A DNA stretch of 64,000 nucleotides from Balamuthia mandrillaris. Lineage: Eukaryota. Positions 1-12,612 of the stretch are shown here, piece after piece. Location: assembly GCA_031835245.2 (NCBI GenBank), contig JAVKOQ020000029.1:1-64000 (forward strand). The letters are read 5' to 3'. Positions within the stretch are counted from its first letter, which is position 1; each line of letters starts with the position of its first letter. Both the position numbers and the translations under genes were made by a program. Under the pieces are notes generated by a model that was given only the letters and a program-made list of their open reading frames with translations, did not search any database and had not been told where the DNA came from.

Positions 1-222
1 ATGAGAACAGCGCCTCCATGGCTTCCTCTTCCCTAGTTTCGGGAAGAAACTAGTAATGAAAGCCTCCTCGGCAACTTTCTTTCTTCCAACTTTTCTTAAT
101 TCTATCCGCAAATTTTCATTTTAATTTCAGCCATTATGCTTTTATTTGTCGACAAATTATTTCCTGGAAATATTTCTCGAAACTATTAGATATTCGGACA
201 TTCATGCCTCACCCTAATATAC

Positions 223-504
223 TCAGAAGCTCCTGGCCAACCCCATTTGCCAGAAGCCCACCTCCAGGCGGGTGGCCTGGCGGAAGGTGGCCGTGAGGCT
301 CCTCCACCGCTCGGGGGTGAAGCCCCCTCTGGCCGTGGCCACCTGGTCCAGGTGTTGGATCATGGAGAGGGCAAAGGTGGCGTCCGCGTAGGTCTCTATC
401 CAGTCCTTGTAGGGGTGTGCTTGTTCCTCTCCTCCATTCGCTTCCAGCCGTTCCGCGTACTTCTTCTGCAAGAAAAAAAAGTAGTGATTGCTTCAGATGA
501 GAAG

Positions 505-547
<43 letters not shown>

Positions 548-1131
548 CAGACCTTCAAGATGAGACCTATTTCGGTGTATCCGAGCACGCACGGGGCCAA
601 GGCGGCGTAGAGGTCCAACAGGTCACCGCTGTGGCCTTTCTCCAAAACGTAGCGAGTGTAGGCGAGGTTGTGCGTGGCCTCTGGCTCTTGCTCCATGGCC
701 GACTTGGTGATGCCCCATTTGGCACAATAGTTGATGTGCAGCGTTGGCTCTGTGCGTGGTGTGTTTTCGTCCTCCTCATCAGACTCACATCAAAAAGTGA
801 GGACCACAAAACAAAAACCTTCGATCATGAACTTGAGGCCAGCAGAAGCAAACTGCATCTCCTCGAGGGTGTCGCTCTTGTAGACAGCCAACGCCCAAGC
901 CCTGGCAAAGTGCTTCAGGAAGAGAAAGTCCTGCTTGAGGTAGTGAGTGAAGCTGTCGGGCTCGAGCGTGCCCTCGCCCAGCCGCTGCACAAAGGGGTGG
1001 TGGAGGTAGTCCTCCCAGTCCTGCCTGCAGGCCTCGCGCAGGCGGCCAAAGAGGGTCTCCTTGCCGGCTGGCAGGGGGAAGGGGCCAGGACCCTCCGCTG
1101 CCTCTTGCTGAGTCTCCTTTGCTCGATCCAT
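223..1131 (-). CDS. tenA: TenA/THI-4 family aminopyrimidine aminohydrolase (thiaminase II), 3 exons
   Basis: Spliced translation contains HPFVQRLGEGTL..FTHYLKQDFLFLKHFARAWAL, AYTRYVL..GDLLDLYAALAPCVLGYTEIG (active-site Cys), HPYKDWIETY and ATRLEVGFWQM. GT-AG introns at about 757-822 and 468-552. Confidence 0.92.
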
Positions 1132-1341
1132 TACTGCTTCACACCTTCAGAGGATAGTGAGTGAATCGATAGAGAGTGCGGTTCCTCTTACTATAGCGAA
1201 AATAAACAAATCGCTAAAGTAATTTGTTATGGAGCAAAAAAGAAGCAGAAGAAGCAGAAGAATGTTCACGTGGTTCTTCACGTGTGTTTTAATGAAATAT
1301 CTCTTGTTCATTTCTCTGTACAAAGGTGAGAGAGAGAGAGA

Positions 1342-2907
1342 TCAAGGAGGAAGATGCAGAGAAGGCCCAGTGTGCACCCGAAGAAAGTGCTGGAAGCGTT
1401 GCCTGTATGAGACAAACGAATGAGAAGAGAGAAGGAGAAGGGCAGAGAAAGAAAAACGCGAGTAGCGTAGAGCGAGATGAGGTGGGAAAGAGTGTAGAAC
1501 TTACGAGTATTTGTAAGGGTCGACGCAGGAAATGGCCTCCTCCTCCACAAACAGCTTGCGATATGCGTTCTCCAGTTGCTTCCGCCAGTTGTAAGGTTGA
1601 AGAATGTCGATGATGCCCATGTAATAGATCTCTCCCTCTCGAATGCTCGAAAGGAGCTCATTACTGGCAGCGAATCCTCCTTCGTCGAGCCGAAAGACAG
1701 ACATTTTGGTAGATGGTCTGTCTTCTTCCTCTTCCTCCTCTTCATTGTCGTCTTCTCCATCATCATGACTACGTTTACTGTTGCTTTGTTGTTGATGCTG
1801 ATTTCTCCGTTGACGGCGTTTGAAGAGATGATGACGACGCTTACCGCCTTCATTTTGGGATTCTTCTTCAGGTTCTTCTCCCTCTTCTTCTGAATGCTGT
1901 GACCGAAACGGATTCGTTAAGTGAGACCTGTTATGGACAGTGATGGCTTCTCGCCACCTTCGTTTGCTCATACGTTTACCACTAAGAGGGAATTAGGATG
2001 TATGATAATAGAAGACAGAAGGAAACAACGAGTCTCTCACCTTGTTTGTTGAGAGTGCGAAGAAGTTGTATGATGATCAGTTGGTGGCTTCGTTTTGCTA
2101 ACCAGAAGGAACAAACTGTAGTCCATACATCCTCTAGAATAAAGCCACTGCACAAACGTTTTCGTCATATGAGAAGAGAAGCAAAAAGGAGGTAATAGAA
2201 GAGAGAGGTGACGAAGGAGAAGCACAAAAAAGAGACAACAAACCGTTGCATCGGCTTCCAACTGTTCAAGAAAGAGTTGCCTTCTGGATGCTACCAACAA
2301 AATGGTTCTTCTATCATGAAAATCAAGGTCTTTCAGTATCACTAACTTCGACCGTCCCTCACCAACGCCTTCGCTACCCCCACCGCTGCTATGTACATCC
2401 TCTCCTTCACGTTTATCAACACTAGATCCTCGTCTATCTCGCCCCTTCCGTTCAGTTGGTTTCAGCGTAACGCGACCGTGAGTGCTGCCTTTCAGGTCAT
2501 AACATTCGCTGATGCTTCTGTCAACTGGCACCAAGTTCTCCATGATGACCACGTGCCGAGACTCCCTCTGTAACAGGTTCTTGATGGTACCTTGTTTCAA
2601 TGTGTACAAACCAAATATCCGCACCAACAAAGAGTTTGGATTCTGTTTCATGTGCTATTGTATCACTTGGGTGAGCAACGAAGAAGAAAAACAAGAGAGG
2701 AGAAAAGCTAAACCTCATAATAGGAATAAATGTTGGTTTTGAAGAATTTAAACTCCTCCTTGTGTATAGTTTTTAGGACAAAGCGCCGGTCAACAGAAAA
2801 ATAAAAGCTGCAACCACTCTTTCCAGGAGAGCTCATGCTTTCCAGTTGGTTCGTTTCTGTATCAAAGGAATCCTTTTTGTTGTTGTTTGTGAACATAACT
2901 TAGAGCT

Positions 2908-2949
<42 letters not shown>

Positions 2950-3835
2950 GCGTTCAATGTACCAGAAAAGTATCAGCAGAAAAGCCATAGAGTAACCGCA
3001 ACCGATGAAAGACAAGAGAAGCATAGTCCACAAAGTCGCATTGCATCAGCGCAAGCAATGCAAGTCCGCTTCTGTCTTCATTCATGTCCGCTCTAGAAGA
3101 ATGAAAGAACGAAGGTCACCATAAGTCCACAAGAAGGAGTGGCAAATGAAGAAGGACAAGAGGGTTGATAACCAGAAGAAGAAGAACGAAGAACGAAGAA
3201 GAAAGAAGAAGAACGAAGACCACGAAGAAGAGAACGGACAAGAAGGACAAGAACGAAAAAACCGTACAGAGGAATGTGCCTAGAAATGGAGCCATGACCA
3301 GGGGTTAGCTCTTGCTCCGTGCTGTCGTGCAGTTGTGCTGCAAACGCAGCAGCTGTTGTGGTCTGCGTTTTTTTGTATTATGTTATGTTTGGCATCGTTG
3401 AACGATGGGAAAAGCAAAGAAAGGATGACGAACCGCTTTGCGAATACCGTTCAGCAGGAGCGCTACAAAACGGTCTTGCTGCAGTGGTCCATCGGAGGAG
3501 GACGGAGCAGACGAGGAGGAAGCAGAAGAAGAACCAAGGCCCAGCACAAACGAAGGATAGTCATTCTGTTGCTCCCGCAGCAGCGTAGAGCGCGCATCCC
3601 CGCAGCAGCAGTACCAATAGGCAATGTAGAGGTCGAGCCCTTGCCTGCCCTCCAAGAATGGCAGTGGCAAGGCCTCTCCTCCTCTTTCTTCCCTCTGCCC
3701 GAGGAGTGGCGTGCTGTTGGCGGGGTGCTGTTGGTTTGAGGCAGATTTTTTTGCGGGCGTGCCATGGCTTTCCAGCACTTCTGCATCGGAGGGGAGGCAG
3801 CACCAACCCCTCTCCGGATCGTCTTCTCCCTCCAT
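1342..3835 (-). CDS. Phosphatidylinositol phosphate kinase (PIP5K family), multi-exon; start approximate
   Basis: Exons encode DYASLVFHRLR, PGKSGCSFYFSVDRRFVLKT, SLLVRIFGLY, YDLKGSTHGR, LKDLDF, CMDYSL, YYMGIIDILQPY and ISCVDPYKYS/QRFQHFL. Stop after ...LHLPP at 1342. Confidence 0.9.
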
Positions 3836-4541
3836 GATGGGCTTTGCTGGCTTTCGTTTTCTTTTCGCGCAACAAACTTTTTTTTTTCCAACTTTTTCGA
3901 ATTTTCTTTTTAATTAACCTTTTTAGAAAGGTGATGACGTGGATTACAGATCGCGTGACTGCTTACGTCAGATATTACCGTAAAAAGATAATTGGCCGAA
4001 GAGGCGCACACGTGGAAGAATAGGGAGCATCGATAGGGGGCGTATATTGAATGAGGCCGCGGAGCATCCAACGCAAAGTAAGAGCCAACGTGTTCAAACC
4101 GTTCGGAACCATCAGGAGTCTCGCGAGAGGCCAACCGCCGTCCTCCTGTTAATCCTCTTAACAAAAAAAAAAACAAACGTTAGCGCCATCTCTCTCTCAA
4201 GCATGCAAACGCAAATGGGGACGAAACTGAAAGAACAAGTGACCGTTTCTCTCGTCACGTTAAAACATGCAGATTTCGTCTTGTCGTTCAATTCTCTTTG
4301 GCCAGAAACGGAAATGTCTCCGAGACTTCAATGAAATGAGCAAGGGATCCGTCAGCAAGTTCTCTCTCTTTTTAAAACAGAAAAGAAAGGGAATGCATGG
4401 CTAGTGTCCAGCCAACCTTTCTCGTACTTTTCAAAGCGAATCCATCTCTCCTCTCCTTTTCTTCCACTTTTGAAACGTACCGGAGCTTTCCAATGGCGTG
4501 TAGCCGTGGAATCGCTGGCCAGAAAAAGTTTGATTGAAAAC

Positions 4542-4548
4542 TATAAAA
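4542..4548 (+). promoter_or_regulatory. Putative TATA box of the repeat-protein gene
   Basis: TATAAAA about 85 bp upstream of the ATG at 4627. Confidence 0.5.
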
Positions 4549-4626
4549 TACCAGCGCTCAACTGTTAGTCTGTTCTTCAGCCAACAAAACAAATAACAAC
4601 AAACAAACAAACAAACAAGCAAAGAG

Positions 4627-5859
4627 ATGAAGGCGTTTGCTGCGTTGGTGCTCCTTGGCTTGCTGGCCACTGCTGGCTTAGCAAAGCCTATGAACTATGG
4701 GTCTGGCGATGTGACCTACGATGGTGACGACGTGACTTACGATGGCGGGGACGTCGCTTACGATGGCGGCGATGTTGCGTATGACGGTGGAGATGTAGCC
4801 TACGATGGAGGCGATGTGACTTATGATGGCGGAGACGTGGCCTATGATGGCGGGGATGTTGCGTATGACGGTGGAGATGTAGCCTACGATGGAGGCGACG
4901 TGACCTACGATGGCGGGGATGTCTCCTACGATGGAGGAGATGTTGCCTATGATGGCGGTGACGTGGCTTATGATGGCGGGGATGTCACTTACGATGGCGG
5001 TGATGTCTCCTACGATGGAGGAGATGTTGTCTATGATGGAGGCGATGTTGAATATGACGGAGGAGACGTGACCTACGATGGTGGTGACGTTGAATATGAT
5101 GGCGGAGACGTGACCTACGATGGAGGAGATGTGTCCTACGATGGAGGCGACGTGGCTTACGATGGCGGTGATGTCTCCTACGATGGAGGAGATGTTGTCT
5201 ACGATGGAGGAGACGTGGAGTATGATGGTGGTGATGTCACTTACGACGGTGGTGACGTTGAATATGATGGCGGAGATGTGACCTACGATGGAGGGGATGT
5301 CTCCTACGATGGTGGTGACGTTGCTTATGATGGCGGGGATGTCTCCTACGATGGAGGGGATGTGACCTACGATGGTGGAGACGTTGAATATGATGGCGGA
5401 GATGTGACTTATGATGGAGGTGACGTTGAGTACGACGGAGGAGATGTTGTTTACGATGGTGGCGACGTGGAGTATGATGGTGGGGATGTGACCTATGATG
5501 GTGGTGACGTTGAGTATGACGGCGGAGATGTGACTTATGATGGAGGTGACGTTGAGTACGACGGTGGAGATGTCGCCTACGATGGTGGCGACGTGGAGTA
5601 TGATGGTGGGGACGTGACCTACGACGGCGGTGACGTTGAGTACGACGGCGGAGATGTCGCCTACGATGGTGGCGATATTTCTTACGATGGCGGAGACGTT
5701 GTCTACGATGGAGGTGATGTTGAGTATGATGGCGGAGACGTTGAGTACGGCGGCGGAGACGTTGCGTACGATGGCGCTGCTTATGACGGTGGAGATGTTG
5801 TAGCCTACAACACTGGTGATGCCTCTGCTGCTGCCTCTGTGGTAGCCTTCTGGCTGTAG
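4627..5859 (+). CDS. Secreted acidic Tyr/Gly/Asp heptad-repeat protein (YDGGDVx)51, intronless, function unknown
   Basis: N-terminal signal peptide MKAFAALVLLGLLATAGLA, 51 tandem heptads whose variation is mostly at synonymous positions, and a short hydrophobic C-terminus ASAAASVVAFWL. Confidence 0.9.
   Translation: MKAFAALVLLGLLATAGLAKPMNYGSGDVTYDGDDVTYDGGDVAYDGGDVAYDGGDVAYDGGDVTYDGGDVAYDGGDVAYDGGDVAYDGGDVTYDGGDVSYDGGDVAYDGGDVAYDGGDVTYDGGDVSYDGGDVVYDGGDVEYDGGDVTYDGGDVEYDGGDVTYDGGDVSYDGGDVAYDGGDVSYDGGDVVYDGGDVEYDGGDVTYDGGDVEYDGGDVTYDGGDVSYDGGDVAYDGGDVSYDGGDVTYDGGDVEYDGGDVTYDGGDVEYDGGDVVYDGGDVEYDGGDVTYDGGDVEYDGGDVTYDGGDVEYDGGDVAYDGGDVEYDGGDVTYDGGDVEYDGGDVAYDGGDISYDGGDVVYDGGDVEYDGGDVEYGGGDVAYDGAAYDGGDVVAYNTGDASAAASVVAFWL
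4696..5766 (+). repeat. Coding 21-bp tandem repeat, 51 units
   Basis: Consensus TAYGAYGGNGGNGAYGTN+NNN throughout. Confidence 0.95.
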
Positions 5860-6185
5860 AGCATGTCTCCTGTGCAGGCTTTGTTGCACAAGAGGGAAAG
5901 AGCTTGAGGGAATCCTTCTTGCGTGAAGAACGTTTTTTTTTTGTTTTTTTCTGATTTTTTTGAGTATTTGCTTTGCGTTTTGTTTTTGCTTTTTGTTTTT
6001 TGTTTTAAGGTTAGCCAAAGCAAAGAGAATAAACGTCCCTTCATGTAGCGCTTCTTCCTAAAAGCCTCACTGCGTTCTTTTCAGTGGAGAGAAAGAGAGG
6101 AGCAGAGGGAGCAGAGAGAGCAGAGAGAGCAGAGAGAGCAGAGAGAGCAGAAGAGAAGGCCAAAAGTTATAAATAAGTCTTTGAA

Positions 6186-6735
6186 TTAGATGAATTGCGC
6201 AGGGTTGCGACGATGAGTAAAAGCCATAAAGTCTGACCGGGAGTGAACCATGTCATAACTCCTGCAAGTGGTGAGCAAGAGTTCAGCACTCCGTTCAAAG
6301 AGAAAGACAAAGAGAAGAGGAAGAACACGCACTTTTGTGCAGCAGTGGAGGTAGTTTTGATGTGCTTGAAGTGGCCAGCCCACTGAATAGCGCCAATGGT
6401 GCACACCGCCACGGCAAGCAGCGTTTGTAACCGTACCTGAAGCAAGAAAGAGAAAAAAAAAAAGAATGAGCAAACGAAAAAGATAGAAAAAAAAAGGAAG
6501 TGCACCAACATCCAATGGAAGCGGCTCTTCTGGCGTTTCCATCACTTTTAAATAGTTTCTGTCTGATGAAAGGAAGAGCGAGAGAGAGTCAGTGTACAGA
6601 AAAAAATCGAACCAAAGTTTAGCAAAAAAAAAAAAAAAAAAAGGTTTTATGCTCACATTGTATGGCCGAGTAGGCCGCATTGGCCAATATCAAAAGCCCC
6701 AAAAGAAAGACAAGGCGGTTGGCAAAAGACGACAT
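6186..6735 (-). CDS. EMC5: ER membrane protein complex subunit 5 / MMGT1, 4 exons
   Basis: Spliced MSSFANRLVFLLGLLILANAAYSAIQ-YRNYLKVMETPEEPLPLD-VRLQTLLAVAVCTIGAIQWAGHFKHI-SYDMVHSRSDFMAFTHR matches the MMgT family pattern. Confidence 0.88.
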
Positions 6736-6764
6736 GGTCCTTGCAAGCAAGGACGCTCTACGAG

Positions 6765-6801
<37 letters not shown>

Positions 6802-6987
6802 GGGGAACACTCGTCCACTCGTCGGTAGTTTTCTTTCGTTTGGCTGCCACAAACCGTTCAAGACGACACGAAATAATAATTTCTAGAAATAGGTAGTGTT
6901 TGGAATTTGTTGCAAACCCTATTAGATTAGAACGACCCTATTAGCTTATTTAGTTATCAATTGATACGAGAGAAAGCAAAAAGAGCG

Positions 6988-7674
6988 ATGAAGTTGGCCT
7001 CGAGGAGCGAAGCCTTGGTGTGGCGTGCAACGACAACGCGCCGCCTTGTCCTCCCAACCTGTTTCTTGCCGCGTACTTCTTCTTCTGCTTCTTCTTCTCT
7101 TCGTGGACATGGGTTTTTGTTGCATCCCTCCAGCAGCAGCGATAGCCTTCGAAGAACTGTTCATCATGCCGCTCGACCCCCTCTTTCCTCTCCACCACAT
7201 CAACAAGAGCGCAAACAGAGCTCTCGCTCGCCTGTCCCTCGGCCTCCTCTTTCTACGCAAGTGCACAGCTCTGGCATAGAAGCTTCTGGTGGTGTGGCAC
7301 CGATGACCGAGGCGGAGCGTCGTTGGTTTCGCTCGGTGAAGCAGCTGGCCAGCGAGGAGCAGTGGGCTCGTGTGTTTGCGCTCTTGGAGGAGGCTCAGCA
7401 CCAACCGCACTCGCAGCGCAAACCGGACCTCTTTTTCTTTGGCTCCCTCATGACGGAGTGCCTTCGACAGAGGGACGTGGAGACTGCATTTCGAGTGGTG
7501 GACGCGGTGCGTGCTCGCGGGCTGAAGATGGATCAGACTCTCTTCTCCTTGTTGGTGCGTTGTTGTGGTGCAGCAGGGCAGTTGCACCGAGCTTTGGCCT
7601 TTTTGGAGGACGAAACAAGACCTCATATCACGCTTCCGCTTGGTTCTCTATCACTCTTCTTTTCTCTCCTTTTT

Positions 7675-7731
<57 letters not shown>

Positions 7732-9561
7732 GTCTTTCTTTTCTTTTCTTTATCTCCTCTTCTCTGCTCTATCTGTTCGCTCTTCTCTTCTCTTGGCTCT
7801 GACAGGTGATGCTTACACAGACAAACATTGTTGTTTCTTTGCGTCTACATGATAAAAAGGTGCAATGTCGTACGGGACGCTGTTGCATTGCTGTGTGAAG
7901 TCCAAAGAGTACGCCATGGTACCAAGGCTCTGGCAGAGGATGCAAAGTGACAACGTTCAGCCCAGTACAGCCTGTTACAACGCATTCATGGAGGCATGTG
8001 TTCGTCAAGGTTTGTTGGTGGCCTTAGCGGCAATTCCACGAATACTCATCTTCGCTCTGCTTCTACAGGCGACACAAGACAAGCGCTCTCTTTGTTGGGA
8101 AAGATGAAGGAAAACCGAGTCAAGCCCGACGTAGCAACGTATGAAGCGTTGATCAAAGGCCTCATTGATAATGGAGAAACAGAGGAAGCAATACAAATGC
8201 TTGCTAATGCCAAAGCAGATGGAGTAGAACCTACCAGTTCTATGTTTACTGCCATTCTGTCCAACCTCTCCTCTGCAAACGTGCCATTTGAATCGCAGGA
8301 TCGAGGTACCATTTTCGTTCTCTTTCCTTTCGCTGTAGGAATTCACGAAGATACCTAACACGTTTTTTCTTCTATAGAACGGTTGGTAAAGGCGCTAAAG
8401 AAAATCGTCAAACGCTGCGCCAACACAACCGCCCTTGTCCATGCCTTTAATCGTGTGCTGCATCAGACGGGACAGAACAGAGAAGTAAACGTAATGGAGG
8501 ACCTGTTTCGACTGATGACCCAAGACATTAAACTGCAACCAGATGTCATTACCTACACCACCTTAGCCCAAGGCTACCACGATAGTGGTACGGAAATCGC
8601 TCTCTATATCTCATCATGTATTAATAGTCTCGCTTTTTTCACTGTAGTGGACGCAATAGAAAAAGTGAAAGCGCTCCTGGAACGAATGGACGAAGAGGCC
8701 GTGCCGCTTGATGGCAAGCTCTTCACCAGCCTCATCAACACGTGCAGTTCACGGCGAGGAGGGCTCACCATGGCCCTCGAGCTAAAGGAAAGGATGGAAG
8801 CGGCTGGTTTGGCTCCCAATCACTTTACTTTCGGCGCTCTCATGAAGGCCTGTATAAAAGGTGGCGACCTAGATAGGGCTTACAACCTATTCCACGAGAT
8901 GCAAGAGGAGCATGAACTGAAGCCCAACTTGGAGATTTATGCCCTTCTCCTTGATGGGCACTCTGTGCTCTTCCACAAGGAGCAAGAGAGTGATACAGGA
9001 GCGGAGGAAGGGGCGCAAGAAAAAGACGGCAAAGGCAAGGGAGGCAAACTTCGACGCAGAAAGGAACCATCTATGAGAGAAGAGTGGCAGCTGATGCAAA
9101 AGATGCAAGAGGATGGTCTTCGCCCCAACTTGCTCGTTTGCAACGCCCTCCTCAGCGCCTGTGTGCGCAAACAATGCTGGTCGCAGCTGGCGAGAGTGCT
9201 TGGCCTCTTTGCCGACGAGACAGGTGTGCGACCAGATATGATCACGCGAAACCTTCTTCGCAGTGCGGTGCGAAGCCTTGCCGAAGGGCAACGCTGGCAC
9301 CTCCTTCATTTGTTGCAAGAGGACTACCCTACGCTCATCTTCAGCAAAACGGGTCAAAAGAAGACGACAAAAGAAGCAGGGGAGGAAGCGATGAAAGAGG
9401 AAGACGAGGAAGAAGGACACGAGGATGAGGAGAGAAGAACAAGAGGCAGAGAAAATGATAAGTTCAGCAATCGTCGACAAAGCAGAGAAGGAAACGCATC
9501 CAAGAACACAGCACGAAACAAGCGTCCCCACATCATTCGCTGGCGGTGGCAGGATAAATGA
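6988..9561 (+). CDS. Pentatricopeptide repeat (PPR) protein, probably mitochondrial, multi-exon
   Basis: Repeated 35-aa PPR motifs (PSTACYNAFMEAC, KPDVATYEALIKGL, QPDVITYTTL, PNHFTFGALMKAC, RPNLLVCNALLSAC) and an Arg/Ser-rich N-terminus. Confidence 0.9.
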
Positions 9562-9722
9562 AAGGTTCGATGCTTTTGTGCTGAAAGAATGTCTTTTTGT
9601 TGTTGAAGATGGATGGGCGTGGAAGGGCTGGCAAAAAAAACAATAGAGAACACGAGAGCGTGAGAAGTTCAACGCAAGGGAGTTTTATAATTGTGATAAA
9701 TACAAGAGGCAAGGCCGTTAAC

Positions 9723-10718
<996 letters not shown>

Positions 10719-11352
10719 TTATTTATTTCGTTCTTTCTCTGCCGCCGTTCCGCTAATGCTAAATCACTGAAAAAATTTTTTCCGTTGCGCAGAGAAAAAC
10801 ATTGCAGCGAAATGAATAACCCACGGATAAGCAATGGTTACCCCATCACCGAAAAGGACATCTTCCCTCTCCCCTGGAATGAACTGAAACCTTTCCCTTA
10901 TGGATGTGTGTTTCCATTGCTTTTGGAATCCAACTTTCCAAAAAGAAGGTGTCCTTTCATTCTCTTTTTTTCTAGAACGGTGTACAAAGAGTGGGGAAGT
11001 GGAAGAAAGCGGAGAAAGAGGTAGTAGAGAGCACCTCCTCCAGAACAGCAGATTAAGTTCTTACTCCACAAATCCTTTGCTCTGCTACGAAAATGGCATA
11101 CAAAGCAGCAAAGCCATGTGTGCAATTCCACTTTGCACACATGGCTACCAAGTATGGTGAGAAAGCAGAGAGAGAGAGAGAGAGAGTGAGTGAAGCCAGG
11201 AGAGAACCGTAGTTTGTTGAAAATGGGGTTTACTAAAAGCTTTTTGTAAAAGGCTGTGCGTATACAACACAGAGGAAAAAAAACAGTTTAAAAATGCCCC
11301 CTAACACCAAATAACAGTAAGATTCAAAGAAGAGAAAGCATATCTACAGTTC

Positions 11353-12550
11353 TTAGGGTGAAGCATTAGGCTCATCAGCAGCGGTTTGGCCACTAAGCAC
11401 TTGAGCAGGGTTCTGATCAACCTCCACCCAAACATCATCACTAGTCGAGCCAGCAATGAAGAGCGTGGCGGCCTGTCCGCTGATCTGATTCACATTGATG
11501 ACCGCATTCACGGCACCGAGTCCAGGGTAAGCCACCTGAATGGTTCCTGCTTGGAGACTAGGCAGCTGCACGTAGTCCACTCGCTGGTAGGCAGGAAGAG
11601 AGGACCGGAGCACCAGGCTTTGTTGAGGGAAGGAAAGGGTCATCTGGGGGCTCTGCACTTCAGGGAAGACATTCCAGAAGGCCATGTAGGCCTTGTTGCT
11701 GTCCATGGAGACGGGGATGGTCACTACTTCGAACAACAAGGGAGGAGTAGTGCGGCTGAATTGACGCTTCTTGCCAAGGCCGGTATCGAGGTTGAGGTCA
11801 ATGCCGCCGTCCTGGAAATTGGCTGTCTCCTCAAAGACGTCGGTCTCTTGAGGGTCGGTGACGACCACGAGGTCTGGGTCATCCTCCGTTGTTACCCCCG
11901 CGATGTTGATGGTATTCACGCCAGCCCCAAAGACGCCACCGATTTGCTGCTGTTGTTGCTGTTGCTGTTGCTGTGGAGCCAGAACCATGTAGTTGAGCAC
12001 ACCGCCGTTGGTGCCTTGCGCCATATTAGCAGTGCCAGAGAAGAGGATCAGTCGGCCCATGCCGTTGCTTCTGGCCACTTGAATGAGGACATCACCGCAG
12101 GGAGCGGCGATGACGCGGCTTTGCTTGTAGCTCACGCCAGAAACGAGCAGCTCGTTGTTGATGTAAACGTCCACAGCGGCCACGTTGGGAATGGCGTGGA
12201 CCACCTTGGCGGCACATCGGTTCTCGGTAGGTATGGCAGTCACGTTCTCAGCTCCAAGACCAGCAATCTGCTCGGAAGGAGCGTCCGCATCTCTGTCACG
12301 GAAGACGAGCAAAGTGTCTTCGCCCAAAAGGAAGACGGAGACGGCTCCTCCACGGAACTCAGCCAGGTTCAACGTCACTCGCTGCTCGATTCGGTTGTTT
12401 ACGATGACGTTGACAGGGATCTGGTTACTAGCGGGAAGCTCGATGTAAGTCTCTCGCTCGTAGGGCACGAGGAGGAGGTCCACGTTAGCCGTCGAGTCGA
12501 CTATGTCGGAAGGAAGGAACACGCCATTTCCGGTAGAAGAGGAGTCGTCC

Positions 12551-12612
<62 letters not shown>

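Noticed and set aside
4696..5766. Regular 21-bp repeat resembling a CRISPR array or satellite
   Set aside because: There are no unique spacers or cas genes, and variation is codon-structured within an ORF with a signal peptide, so it is a coding repeat.
4678..6018. 446-aa antisense ORF over the heptad gene
   Set aside because: Shadow frame of a repetitive coding strand that lacks antisense stops; no independent features.
6914..6944. AAACCCTA telo-box-like motif and 10-bp direct repeat ACCCTATTAG in the EMC5/PPR divergent promoter
   Set aside because: Short, single occurrence; cannot be distinguished from chance without genome-wide counts.
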